Source: Chiloscyllium plagiosum (lineage: Eukaryota). From it: 64,000 nt of DNA. The notes beneath the pieces are model-generated. The model made no database searches. It was given only the letters and a program-made list of their open reading frames with translations, and was not told the DNA's origin. The translations under genes and the position numbers were made by a program. The stretch spans positions 73,149,446 through 73,213,445 of the forward strand of contig NC_057719.1 in the NCBI RefSeq assembly GCF_004010195.1, read 5' to 3'. Below, piece by piece: positions 54,401 to 63,024 of the stretch (its first letter is position 1; each line of letters starts with the position of its first letter).

Positions 54401-55546
54401 AATTTAAAGGGGGCTGTATGAAACAACTGCCAATTTTAATACAATCATGGAGATCAACTAAAACTGCAAATAAAATATGGGGATAAACTGCCATAAGAGT
54501 CGAGCATTAATCTGAAGAGATAACGTCCAGCTCTTAGATTATGATTGGAGTAGCATGTGCCATTCTGCGCCTCTTGTTTCAAAACGACATGTACATACTG
54601 CAGACAGAGCAGAGAATGACAACCAAGATGAGCCTAAATGCCAGCACATTATCTACAGAGGTAATTATACAGAAGCTTAAGTTTACATTCACAATGTTCA
54701 CTGACCAGCTGCAATGAATGGGATTCTTAATTCACGTTGGTGCATGTAGTCGTGAAGCATCAATTTTGAAAGAATGCTTCCATGAACATTATATACACAG
54801 TAATAGCTCATGTAAGATGAATTGAGAAAATCTAGCAAAAGAGTCTTATTAAGAACTTTTTTCTATGGCTTACCCTCCAGTAATGAAACTAAACTATTTA
54901 AAGCAGAGTTTTAAGTAGTTTTGACACACATCTATGTGAAAGATATAGCACAGTTCTCACTTGAATATTTCACAACCTTAACACATTCAGTGATCACACA
55001 ATCAAATTTGATTTCAAAACAAGTTTCATGGAACTTCTACCTCCAGGCCAAGAGGTAAGCCAAGGGAAATTGCAATGACCATGACATATTATTTGAGAAA
55101 TTACTATTAGTTATTTACATCAATTTTCAATGCACTGCAACGTCTACACTTGGGGGAGAATTAATGCATGAGAATTACTAACAGGTAGTTTGACATGAAT
55201 TAGAGAGGAACCATCCAAAACAAATTTGAAGCCAAAATGATGATGCTCACAATTAGTGTTATGCCATTTGAGCCAACTGATGCCACACAAAATACAATGT
55301 TTCATTCTGCATCAAAAGCAAAATCAAAGGACACATTTGATACAAGGTTCTCTGAAAGATATTCTGAAGAATTCAGGTGACTCTGGTTTTGCTTCTCAGT
55401 TTAATCCAGTGAATAAACGCAGACCGCCTCATGATTATATTGAGCAATTAGAGTTTTTATGGTTTTGATTCATGTACTTACTGTAGCGTGCTCCGATCAA
55501 TTCTGAATGCTTTGTATGCCTCTTCCACATTCAGTTCTACTGTTTT
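340..55546 (-). CDS. FNTB: Protein farnesyltransferase subunit beta, partial spliced gene (exons 2-10): join(55546-55482,41659-41587,33597-33506,32512-32366,24875-24792,18102-18016,16979-16850,5676-5544,451-340)
   Basis: Manually spliced exons of 65,73,92,147,84,87,130,133,112 nt, all ag|...|gt, form one open frame with FTase beta motifs [75 protein letters not shown]. Exon sizes match the vertebrate FNTB structure as I recall it. Confidence 0.97.
1375..3077 (+). mobile_element. CR1 LINE, 5'-truncated ORF2 (RT) plus 3' UTR, interrupted by a SINE
   Basis: ORFs with [60 protein letters not shown]. Confidence 0.93.
2024..2335 (-). mobile_element. HE1-like tRNA-derived SINE, near full length
   Basis: Reverse strand reads ggcggcacggtggaacagtggttagc (A box)...gggttcaattccc (B box)...ggtttcctcc core...CR1-like tail (taatc)n. 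Confidence 0.85.
3078..3311. mobile_element. pogo/Tigger-like MITE remnants
   Basis: Two copies of terminus gataatc(g)aggttcctctgt(a) (~3154-3174, ~3293-3311) with internal ggataatc/ttatcc repeats; related sequence at ~60400-60455. Confidence 0.45.
3313..3670 (+). mobile_element. CR1 LINE 3' fragment (second subfamily)
   Basis: [14 protein letters not shown]...[18 protein letters not shown] then 3' UTR. Confidence 0.85.
3773..4090 (-). mobile_element. HE1-like SINE
   Basis: Homologous to 2024-2335; ggcacggtagctcagtggttcgc head and gggttcgattcc-like B box on minus strand. Confidence 0.85.
4100..4990 (+). mobile_element. Old degraded CR1 ORF2/3' remnant
   Basis: Decayed [23 protein letters not shown] segment and CR1-like 3' UTR. 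Confidence 0.55.
4538..4675 (-). mobile_element. Short Penelope-derived inverted-repeat element (family A)
   Basis: cttaaaaatgtgttgctggaaaa...ttttccagcaacacatttttaag inverted repeat; flanking direct repeat aaggtccagaatgga (4527-4541/4672-4686). Confidence 0.75.
5544..5676 (-). CDS. FNTB: FNTB exon 9 (133 nt) [44 protein letters not shown]
   Basis: tgtatag|CGC...CACG|gtgagt; Zn ligands of DGCY and diphosphate-binding R/K/Y. Confidence 0.97.
5708..6138 (+). mobile_element. CR1 LINE 3' fragment
   Basis: [16 protein letters not shown]..., 3' UTR ggaccgaagggtctgtttccatgctgtacatc. Confidence 0.9.
8430..8729 (-). mobile_element. CR1 LINE 3' fragment
   Basis: ORF 8506..8805 ESRTRGHR...[22 protein letters not shown]. 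Confidence 0.9.
12471..12519. repeat. 22-bp tandem duplication (tacaaggatacccaaatccttc x2.2)
   Basis: Direct reading, perfect copies. Confidence 0.9.
14580..15110 (+). mobile_element. Rex1/Babar LINE 3' fragment
   Basis: [26 protein letters not shown]...RVVNAAQ...PSHPSYTLF, typical Rex1 C-terminus. Confidence 0.8.
15555..15720 (+). mobile_element. Old SINE body, family not identified (related copies ~8990-9115 and ~57770-57990 minus)
   Basis: aaaccatctagttcactgatgtcttttagggaag...ctacatg..ccagacc...gggcaata..aataaatg shared among copies. Confidence 0.5.
16850..16979 (-). CDS. FNTB: FNTB exon 8 (130 nt) [43 protein letters not shown]
   Basis: tttacag|ATG...TTA|gtaagt; visible in ORF 16787..16996. 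Confidence 0.97.
18016..18102 (-). CDS. FNTB: FNTB exon 7 (87 nt) [29 protein letters not shown]
   Basis: ttttctag|GAG...TAAG|gtcagt. Confidence 0.96.
18844..19070 (+). mobile_element. Solo LTR of the Gypsy family at 60264-63983
   Basis: TGTAG...TTTCA termini, AATAAA, perfect 5-bp TSD AGAAT (18839-18843/19071-19075). Confidence 0.88.
19855..20571. mobile_element. Probable solo LTR (717 bp, different family)
   Basis: Ends tattatg...cgtaaca (decayed TGTTACG/CGTAACA), flanked by 4-bp direct repeat CATA. Confidence 0.6.
22177..22229. repeat. Perfect inverted repeat, 24-bp arms with 5-nt loop
   Basis: cctaaggtgaggcagaagtgattg-tgcct-caatcacttctgcctcaccttagg. Confidence 0.92.
22230..23140 (+). 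mobile_element. Highly decayed LINE RT remnant (CR1/L2 group)
   Basis: Degraded [24 protein letters not shown] segment; 3' part resembles 8735-8900. Confidence 0.45.
23164..23333 (-). mobile_element. Penelope-derived hairpin element (family A) with hammerhead motif
   Basis: Inverted arms around cctgatgaagggcttttgcctgaaacgtcg; 14-bp TSD caatgaatggggaa (23150-23163/23334-23347). Confidence 0.8.
23567..24550 (-). mobile_element. CR1 LINE with several internal deletions (endonuclease joined to RT to 3' UTR)
   Basis: ORF 24197..24409 fuses [17 protein letters not shown] to NDLD..KFADDTK; ORF 23640..23864 is the C-terminus. Confidence 0.88.
24792..24875 (-). CDS. FNTB: FNTB exon 6 (84 nt) [28 protein letters not shown]
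   Basis: cattgaag|GGA...TTAG|gtgagt. Confidence 0.95.
25861..26098 (+). mobile_element. Penelope-derived hairpin element (family A)
   Basis: ~100-bp inverted arms centred on atcaggaatgagtcattcctgat; 11-bp TSD gtgcatcatta (25850-25860/26099-26109). Confidence 0.82.
26878..26965 (+). mobile_element. Penelope terminal fragment (family B)
   Basis: cacctaatgaaggagaagcgttccgaaagctagtg...aaacctgttggactata, homologous to 50433-50615. Confidence 0.7.
27370..27872 (+). mobile_element. CR1 3' fragment, older
   Basis: [13 protein letters not shown]..., [25 protein letters not shown]. Confidence 0.8.
28540..29880 (+). mobile_element. Decayed LTR-retrotransposon integrase remnant, interrupted by ~0.9 kb of unrelated sequence
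   Basis: [21 protein letters not shown] at ~28710-28775; [23 protein letters not shown] at ~29795-29870. Confidence 0.5.
30239..30828 (+). mobile_element. Penelope-like element (family C), 3' part with GIY-YIG fragment, inverted 5' piece and nested family A piece (~30547-30640)
   Basis: [29 protein letters not shown] / [15 protein letters not shown]; termini inverted; flanking repeat caat(a/t)tacatact (30226-30238/30825-30837). Confidence 0.85.
30601..30636 (-). ncRNA. Minimal type I hammerhead ribozyme motif (PLE family A)
   Basis: AUUC-CUGAAGA-A-GGGC(CUGU)GCCC-GAA-ACGU-C-GAAU: 4-bp stem I, intact core, GUC cleavage triplet. Confidence 0.7.
32366..32512 (-). CDS. FNTB: FNTB exon 5 (147 nt) [49 protein letters not shown]
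   Basis: ctaaatag|TAT...ACAG|gtaagc. Confidence 0.97.
33506..33597 (-). CDS. FNTB: FNTB exon 4 (92 nt) [31 protein letters not shown]
   Basis: gtttcag|TGT...CAGA|gtatgt; retains the two Trp (W102/W106 equivalents) of the FTase substrate pocket. Confidence 0.97.
34378..34610 (-). mobile_element. Penelope family A 3' UTR/terminal fragment
   Basis: gtggtgctggaaaagcacagcaggtcaagcagcatcc followed by G-rich UTR similar to 51500-51640. Confidence 0.7.
35683..36511 (-). mobile_element. CR1 LINE 3' portion with internal deletion
   Basis: ORF 36075..36452 with SGVPQ, FADDTK, KWQMEFN; 3' tail (ctctatga)n. Confidence 0.92.
38598..39110 (+). mobile_element. Solo LTR (same Gypsy family) interrupted by a retroposed insert
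   Basis: TGTAG...TTTCA; flanks cacat/tacat; homologous to 18844-19070. Confidence 0.85.
38713..38978 (+). mobile_element. A-tailed retroposed insert (probable L1/Tx1-type 3' end)
   Basis: 13-bp TSD aaacaggagcatc (38700-38712/38979-38991), A-rich tail. Confidence 0.7.
39585..39940 (-). mobile_element. Older Penelope-like element 3' end (family C-related) with hammerhead motif
   Basis: Minus-strand [34 protein letters not shown]; gcactgatgatgtcacctagtaaggtgatgaaacgtt at 39659-39622. Confidence 0.78.
41587..41659 (-). CDS. FNTB: FNTB exon 3 (73 nt) [24 protein letters not shown]
   Basis: ttttccag|ACC...TTCG|gtaaga; matches LQREKHF.YLK.GLR.L. Confidence 0.94.
43173..43450 (-). mobile_element. 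HE1-like SINE, 5'-truncated, nested in CR1
   Basis: Homologous to 2024-2335. Confidence 0.85.
44105..44310 (+). mobile_element. Penelope-derived hairpin element (family A)
   Basis: 83-bp arms (44103-44185/44195-44277, 2 mismatches); 15-bp TSD catatatttggaaag (44090-44104/44311-44325); minus-strand CUGAAGA-A-GGGC(UUAU)GCCC-GAAACGUC. Confidence 0.85.
47351..47552 (-). mobile_element. Penelope-derived hairpin element (family C)
   Basis: 67-bp arms 47418-47484/47486-47552 (1 mismatch); 12-bp TSD ttgcttccaagt (47339-47350/47553-47564). Confidence 0.87.
47426..47544. ncRNA. Pair of oppositely oriented minimal hammerhead motifs (47465-47426 minus, 47505-47544 plus)
   Basis: GCA-CUGAUGA-U-GUCGCC(UAGCCA)GGGGAC-GAA-ACGU-U-UGC. 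Confidence 0.65.
48110..48369 (+). mobile_element. CR1 3' fragment (third subfamily)
   Basis: [30 protein letters not shown]; tail (gtcttatg)n. Confidence 0.85.
49238..49510 (+). mobile_element. HE1-like SINE, 5'-truncated
   Basis: ggtttcctcc core, ggccatgctaaattgccc, gggccgaagggcctgtttcc, (taatc)n tail. Confidence 0.85.
50030..50116 (+). mobile_element. Penelope family B terminal fragment
   Basis: ctgatgaaggagcggtggtctgaaaactagtg...ctataacctggtgttgtgtgatttttaac. Confidence 0.7.
50433..50615 (+). mobile_element. Penelope-derived hairpin element (family B)
   Basis: Inverted arms; 10-bp TSD ctgtaaaact (50423-50432/50616-50625); minus CAC-CUGAUGA-A-GGAGC(GAC)GCUCC-aAA-AGCU-A-GUG. Confidence 0.8.
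51435..53010 (-). mobile_element. Penelope-like retroelement (Neptune-type) decayed RT + GIY-YIG
   Basis: Frame-broken FLQIRG..MG..IGPSY, RYIDD (~52666-52681), [56 protein letters not shown]. Confidence 0.88.
55482..55546 (-). CDS. FNTB: FNTB exon 2 (65 nt) [22 protein letters not shown]
   Basis: gtaacag|AAA...CTACA|gtaagt; expected length and phase 0/2, protein similarity only weak. Confidence 0.8.
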
Positions 55547-56289
55547 CTGTTACATGGAAACAGAAAAAGTACATGTTTGCATTTTATTAAGATTAATATT
55601 GTATTCATGGAAAGTAGAATCATTTTTAACAACCGAATATCAATGTCCCTCTATCTCACCACCTTTTCAGAAAAACAGGATGAGGGGAGTTTACTCAGGA
55701 AATAATTTACACTTTTGAATCCCACTTAAAGATTCCACTCTCGTTACGGATACCTGGGTTGCTCATAAGCAAGAGAACTGCATTTCTCAAAGCTGCCATG
55801 CCAAGTGCATTGAAGTGCATTAAATAACCTCCGCCCAATCAGACATGACATTTAAAGGTAATTTCAGAACAGGGTTTTATCTAAGAAAAACTAGTCTACT
55901 AAACATCACCAAAACCTTCAGAAATTTCCCCAAGATTAGTTATCACTTATGATCGAGTGTATATGAGGAGTGTCACCATTGGTTCAGGCAATAACACCAT
56001 AACTTCTTAAGAAAACAATTTTCCAAAGGCAGCATTTTGCACATTCTAATTATTTAATAAGATAGGCCATAGGTTCAATTCCTCGAAGACAATTAGTAAT
56101 TTGTCTCCTCTGACAAGAAGAAAATCTACGATTTTATTTTAAGTGAGGCTCAACGTACAAGCTGAAATACCTCAAAAGAAAAGAATGCAGCCCAGGCCCT
56201 TTGAATAAAGAGGATTCTTCTTCACTGCTGCAATGGCACATACAAAAATTGCATGCCAATGATTAGAATGTGGGCTGTCTGGCACACCA

Positions 56290-57100
56290 TATTCAATAAC
56301 ACTCTTCACTTTGCCTGGATATAAATACAGACTGGCGGATTCAAAGACACATATCTCAACATTAAATTTCATTTGTTGTGTGAAATGATACATTGTGGAA
56401 GAAAGTATGAGGAGGACCAACGAAGAATACAATTCTAAAAGGGCACATGAGCAGTTGGGCCAGAGGGTATCTAAATACAAATCCAGGAAGATCAGAAGGT
56501 AGGTTGAGAAAGTGGTTAATAAGGAATTAAAGTACCTGGAGCGATATAAATAAAGGCATAAGAGTACTAAACCAAGGTGGTTATAGTGAACCTTCACAAA
56601 ACACTGTTTTGCCCATTTAGACACTACATTTTAGGAATATGTATTAAGGAGGATGTGAAAAAGATTGACTGAGAATGGTTCCAAGGATGAGGGACGTCAG
56701 ATACATGGATAGATCAGAAAAGCTGATAGTGTTCTCCTTAGAGAAAAGGGTGAGAGGAGATGATTAGTTTCTGGACAGAGCCGATAGGATAAAATAATAC
56801 CCATTAGCAGAAAGGTCCAGACTAAAAGGCATCAATTTAGGGTGAATAAGGAAAGAAACAGAGGCAGCAAGAGAAAAAAAAAATGTTTTATGCAAGTTGC
56901 AGTCACGATCTGGAATGCAATGCCTGAGAACATGGTGAATGTAAATTCAACCATGGCTCTCAAAAGGAAAACATTTTATCTCAAAAAAAAAGGGAAAAAA
57001 AAGGGCTATGAGGAAAAAGCAGGGGGAAGTGATACTAGCTCAGGTCATCTAACAGAGAGGTGACATTGACATGCTGAACCAAAACACATTATTCTATGAC
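56290..57100 (+). mobile_element. Old CR1 3' remnant
   Basis: QMKFNVE-like and FMQVAVTIWNAMPE..V segments; parts may lie in both orientations. Confidence 0.5.
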
Positions 57101-57114
57101 TTTCGACATAAGTA

Positions 57115-57275
57115 TGTTTGGCTGCACAGGTTTGTGATGCAGAGTAATACTAACAGCATGGGTTCAATTCCCACACTGAGGTTACCATGAAGGACTCTCT
57201 TTCTCAACCTCTCCCCTGAGAGTGGTGACCCTCACGTTAAATCTCTAATGTGAGCGCAGTCTTATGGTGACTTTA
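57115..57275 (+). mobile_element. tRNA-head SINE, unidentified family (related copies ~33725-33860 and ~53560-53700 minus)
   Basis: gggttcaattccc B box followed by gaggttaccatgaagg...tctcaacctctcccc shared among three loci. Confidence 0.55.
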
Positions 57276-59593
57276 TTTTTTACATACTAAGTATAAAAAG
57301 AAACTATTTTATTCCAAAGGATTTCTGTATGTAATAACAGAGAACAATTTTGAATGTGCCAGTCTGAATTTCAGAAGTATTGTAATCCAGTTGAACATAT
57401 CTTTTGAAGGAAAATCTTTTAAAACTAGATTGTTTTGCGTCTTAAACTGTTTAGCAAGAAATAAACTTTGAATCAAAATTCATCTAAGCAAATGAGTAAA
57501 AAGTTGCATTTTGTCATTAATATTGTCATTAGTAGTACAGAGCCATAATATCATTAGAAAAGAGACATGATTTATTGAAGCTTTTTTACCTCAACTGATC
57601 AGGACAATTTGCAAGAAATACCAAATGGAAAACATTATTCTGACTATGAACAGAGAGGGCTGATTAATTAATGTGTGGATTATGTCAGTAAAGAGATTGC
57701 CAAGATCTGTTTAAATTTTACCCATGCAGATTTTCATTCATAGCATCTGGGTGTCTCTAATTACTCAACATACATCAAGAGTCAATCACATTATTGTGGG
57801 TTCTGGAGTGACATGTAGGCCAAACAAGGTAAGGACGACAGATTTCCTTCTCTAAAGGATATGAGTAAATTAGATGTGTTTTTACAATAGTCAACAGTGG
57901 TTAAAATCAGACTAGTTTTTTTTAAAATCCCAGTTTTTTCCATTTAAACTTCACCTTCTACCATGTTTGGATTCAAACCCATGTTCCCAGTGACCCGGGG
58001 TTATGTATCACTGTACTTCCAAATAAGTTGGCTCTGGTTAATCAAGTAATTGCCCTGAGAAATAAGCTACAGTATGGTTGTCACCAATTTTGTTGGTTCA
58101 GAAGTGCAGTGCGTGTACATGTTCTTTCTCACTGCAAGAAACAAAACCCTTGTAGTAACATATGTAGCTTTCAGTAAGTGCACATATACTGCACCATGAG
58201 TCTGACTGACAATCCTAGACTGGTTATTGGTGTAATTCTTCATTCACTCAGGATTATTTAGCAAGTGTTGTTCAATTGCAGACAATACCCAAGCAGTTTA
58301 TGGTTGCAAAGAGCAAAACATACTGTCCAACATTAGATGTGACTTTACAAAGGAGGAAAAGAAGATAGAGAGAGGTAGTGGGGTTCAGGCAGGAAATTCC
58401 ATGGAAAGTTCAAATTCTGATGCTGAAGTGTTTAAAAACAGAGCTCTTCAAGTGACTAAATTTAAAGAAATGCGAGTATCTCAGAGGTTTAGGGACAGAA
58501 GTCAGGATGAGTGAGATTATGGTGTGATTTCAAAACAAGGACGAACATTTTAAAATCAAGATGTTGCTGAATGAATATCCAATTTAGGTCAGCAAATAGA
58601 AGGATGGAGGGTGAATGGAACTTGGTTTGAGTTAGAAGACAGGCAAGAAAGTTTGGATCTACTCATATTTAAGGAGTGCAGAATGTGGAAGGCTGTCCAA
58701 AAGTGCATTAGAATGGTTAGATCTTAAGTTAACAAAGGAAACTATAAAGATTTTGCCAAAAGAGCTGGGGAAAGTGTGGAATCAGGCAGTGCTTTCGAGG
58801 TGGAATTAGGTGTACATATGTAGTTTACAGTTCATTTCAGGTTCAAATACGAGTAGTATTGCGAACAGTCTGATTTAGCATCAGACAATTGCCAGGTCGA
58901 TGGATGGTGTCACTTGTGAGACAGCAGAATATAAAATAATTGACTCAGTCTTCAAGATTTAATTGGAAAAAAAGTCTGCACATCCAGTACTGCATGAATG
59001 CAGAAAAATGGACAAGTCGAAGGAGGCGTTGCCATCATATATGTAGCAATGTTCAGATGATACGTGGATGATAAGCAGCAGCATGCAGATCAGAAGTAGC
59101 AGTCCAAGTATAGTTCTGTAATGGACACTATGGTGCCAACTGAAATGGGGCAGAAGAAGAGGAGAAGCCAATGCAGGAGATTCTCTGCTTACAATTGGAT
59201 AAATGTTGTGTTTGTGGACAACATCACCACTAGGTGGAGCATCATGTATGCATGCATAATATTACAACATTTACCTGTATTCTGAAGTTATAGATGCAGT
59301 TTAAGGAGGATGGGGCAGCAAGCGCGGTTGACATTTATGATCAACCAGACTTTTAAAATAAGACCATAATGCATGGCAGTATATTTTAAATAATTTCTGC
59401 CTTAAAAGTTAACTAGTTCAACTGGGATTGGTTGGTATCAATAGGTCCCTTGCACAAATACCAAGAAATGCATAATAAGTCAAAATCTGCTATTGCTTGT
59501 CCTTGTTTGCAGTTTGCTTCAGCAGTGCAATTTTACTTTCCTGGAAGCATCTCATTTCAGTTATGAAGGGTTTATGGCTAATAAAAATGTGAT

Positions 59594-59788
59594 ACAAACA
59601 GAAGCAAAAACTGCTGGAGGAACTCAACAAGTCTGGCAGCATCTGTCAGATGCTTTAAGTCCAGAGATCCTTCTTCAGAACTGGACTCAAAATGTCAACT
59701 GTTTTCTTTCCGCAATGTGGCCAGATCTGCTGAGTTTCTCCAGCAATTTCCATCTTTATTTCAGCATCTGTAGTTCTTTGTTTTATTG
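59594..59788 (+). mobile_element. Old Penelope-derived hairpin element
   Basis: gctggaggaactcaacaagtctggc...gccagatctgctgagtttctccagc inverted arms; flanks aaaatgt(g/t)at. Confidence 0.6.
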
Positions 59789-61433
59789 AAAATGTTATGA
59801 ATGTTAGTATTCTTCAGTAGGAAAATTCATAACCACAGAAGTAGTTTGTAGAACAATGTAATATTGTTCAATCACAGATGGCTTGAGGTCACCATCTTTG
59901 AATAGAGCAAGGTAAAGCAGTCCCAACCAATTAACTTGATAGCAAAGACATTTTAGAGGAGGATGGCTTGATCAATTGTGTCAAAACCTACAGAACATTT
60001 AACATAGCTGAGTGATAGTTTATCGTTGTCAGTGTCAGCATATGTTTATTATATTTATGTGGGCATGTTCTGTTTGTGTTTATATATATATCTGTATCAT
60101 TTGTATAAAGTGTGTGAGAACAAATATCTCTGTGTATAATAGCTCTTGTGGGTGTATTATGAGGGTGTGCAGCCCACGTAGGTGTCCAATTAAATAAGTA
60201 CTTGTGTGTTCATGTGTTTATCCGTGTGTATCTTTATATGTGCAAGTCTGCTTATATATACATTGTAGTGATTGTAATGAGGTTAGCCAGCTGGACCTCA
60301 GAATATGAGTTCCCTGATTAGAGGACTGTCAGAGATACTGTCACTCAGAGCTTACTCTGAAGAGGTAGTACTAAATTCAAGGACGGTTCATTGGTAAATA
60401 TAGAAAACCTCGATTATCCGAATGAGATGGGCAGGGGGTATTTTCTTCAGATAACTCCAGAGGCTGAAGGATCAGATATTTCAGTAGTGACAAGCATAAA
60501 GCACAGTCCTAAAGAAACTCCCTCGCAACAGTAATCTTTGAATTGGGGTATTTCTTACATCATGTCTTTGCTTGGGGAGCTTGACTTGTTTGACCCCATT
60601 GTCAAGGATTGGGTCCACTGCGTGGAACATATCTGTTATTTTTCTGGGCAACATGTGGCAGATGGAAAGCAACAAGTAATTCTCCTGACAGTCTGTGGAG
60701 CCACAGCTTTTTCTGTTATTAAAAGTCTAACTTTCCCTGAGGCAGCAGATACTAAAACCTTTCAAAAATAGACAGACATTGTCGAGGAATATTATAACCC
60801 CCAAGCCTTCTCTAAATCTAAGACGCTATCGGTTTTACTCGACAATTCAAGAACCTGGGGAAATCATATTGGGATTTCTGACTAGGTTAAGATGACTGGC
60901 AGAAGCTTGTGATTTTGGTTTAACCTTTAAAGATGCTAGAATCTACTTGGTATTAATGATGTAACTAAGCATAAAACCCCACTAGTTGAAGCCCAACAGG
61001 ACTTTAAACAGGCATTATGATTAGCTTTATCATTGGAAAATGTGGTAACTAGAGCGTAAGAGTTCCAGGGTATTCCGATAGAAGTGGACACTCTTGCCAG
61101 TCTAACTGAGCTTGAGGAAAATCTTTTGAGTGAAGGCAATTGTATGGCCTCAGTCGGGACATATCCTTATCAGAGGGATTCTAGGTTGGTCCACAGCAAA
61201 ACCCCAAAACAAAATCAACTCTTGGCCAAACAGTCAAAACTTTCTTCAGGATCCTGCCCGGTAAGCCACTGTAGTTGCTGCCAGTGTGCGGACTCGAGAC
61301 AGCTGAAGAGTTCTACTGGACCCAAATTGAGTAAGATAACTCATAGGCTGGTATCCAGGAGAGATCATATCCTAAGAAGTTCACCAACAATCTGGTTTGG
61401 AATAGTTAAATTGCTCAGCAACATCCAAATCAA

Positions 61434-61882
61434 GTTGCCAGGGTTAGAGGATCTGAGCTACAGGGAGTGGCTGAACAGGCTGGGGCTGTTTTCCCTGGAG
61501 CATCGGAGGCTGAGGGGTGACCTTAAAGAGGTTTACAAAATTATGAGGGGCATGGATAGGATAAATAGACAAAGTCTCTTCCCTGGGGTCGGGGAGTCCA
61601 GAACTAGTGGGCATAGGTTTAGGGTGAGAAGGGAAAGATATAAAAAGAGACGTTTTCACACAGAGGGTGGTACGTGTATGGAATGAGCTGCCAGAGGATG
61701 TGGTGGAGGCTGGTACAATTGCAATATTTAAGAGGCATTTGGATGGGTATATGAATAGGAAGGGTTTGGAGGGATATGGGCTGGGTGCTGGCAGGTGGAA
61801 CTAGATTGGGTTGGGATATCTGGTCGGCATGGACGGGTTGGACCGAAGGGTCTGTTTCCATGCTGTACATCTCTATGACTCT
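61434..61882 (+). mobile_element. CR1 3' fragment nested in Gypsy
   Basis: [30 protein letters not shown]..., 3' UTR. Confidence 0.9.
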
Positions 61883-62782
61883 GATTAAATGGTCATCCAG
61901 TTCTAATGGAAATCGATGCGTGCGCGACTATTTCAGTGACTGCAGAACCAGTTTTCAAACAGAACTCACTCTGGACTCCAGCCCTTAAACTTTTTCAAGA
62001 CTTCAGCTAGATTGAGAACCTATATTTGGAAACCTTTACAGATTAAGAGTCCAACTTTGGTTCTGATCCCTTATAAACACAACTGGCTCAGTTACCAGTG
62101 ATTATAGGAAAAGGCTCAGACCCAAGCTTGATGGTATGAAATTGGTTGCAAGAAATTCAAATGGCACAACATTTTGCAATTAGAAAACGGTTGCTCAAGT
62201 AAAATCCTAAATACTGTAAGTCTTCCAAGAAGGTCTAGGGACTATCAGAGGAGCAAAGACCACCTTGCATGTTGATCAGGAAAGAATTCCACGATTCCGC
62301 TCAGTGCCATTTACCTTACAGGCAAATGTAGAGGCATAAATCAGAAGGCCGGAAAGTAAAGGAATCATCAAACCAGTCTAACTTGCAGAATGGGCAGCAC
62401 TGGTCATGCCAATTTTGAAGCCCAATGGGTCAGTTCCTCTTTGTGGGGATTTTAAACAAATGGCAAACTATGTTTCACAGCTGGATAAGTACCCACTCCC
62501 TCAAATAGAGGATTTACACACAAAGCTGGTTTGGGGAGGGGTGCTGTCCTTCACAAAGCTTCATGAACCATGCTTACTTGCAAGTGCGTTTAGACAAGGA
62601 TTCCTAGAAGTATGCTATAATTAATATCCATAAGAGCTTGTTCCAATATACGAGACTGCCATTTGGGGTATCATTAGCCTGCTCAGTTTTCAGCAGAACA
62701 ATTGAAATCTGCATGCAGATTATCTGGACACCAGAACCATCAAAGTGTTGGTCAAGGTTAATGGGCCATACTTTATCAGAAG

Positions 62783-63024
62783 GGATAAAAGCAAATTACT
62801 GCGGATGCTGGAATCTGAAACCAAAAACGAGAAAATGCTGGAAAATCTCAGCAAGTCTGGCAGCATCAGTAAGGAGAGAAAAGAGCTGACGTTTCGAGTC
62901 TAACTGACCCTTTGTCAAAGCAGATTTGACAAAGGTCAATTAGACTCGAAACGTCAGCTCTTTTCTCTCCTTTACAAATGCTGCCAGACTTGCTGAGATT
63001 TTCCAGCAGTTTCTCTTTTTTGAT
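62783..63024 (-). mobile_element. Penelope-derived hairpin element (family D) nested in Gypsy
   Basis: ~95-bp inverted arms centred near 62922; flanks ttta(t/c)cagaag (62772-62782/63025-63035). Confidence 0.8.
62885..62921 (-). ncRNA. Variant minimal hammerhead motif with U3-A8 core pair
   Basis: GCU-UUGACAA-A-GGGUC(AGUUA)GACUC-GAA-ACGU-C-AGC; mirror copy at 62923-62958 on plus. Confidence 0.6.

Noticed and set aside
60040..60262. TG/TA-rich Cys-rich ORF (60012..60197)
   Set aside because: Low-complexity degenerate microsatellite.
61084..61686. Longest ORF in the track (200 aa)
   Set aside because: Chance read-through from decayed Gypsy sequence into a nested CR1 fragment.
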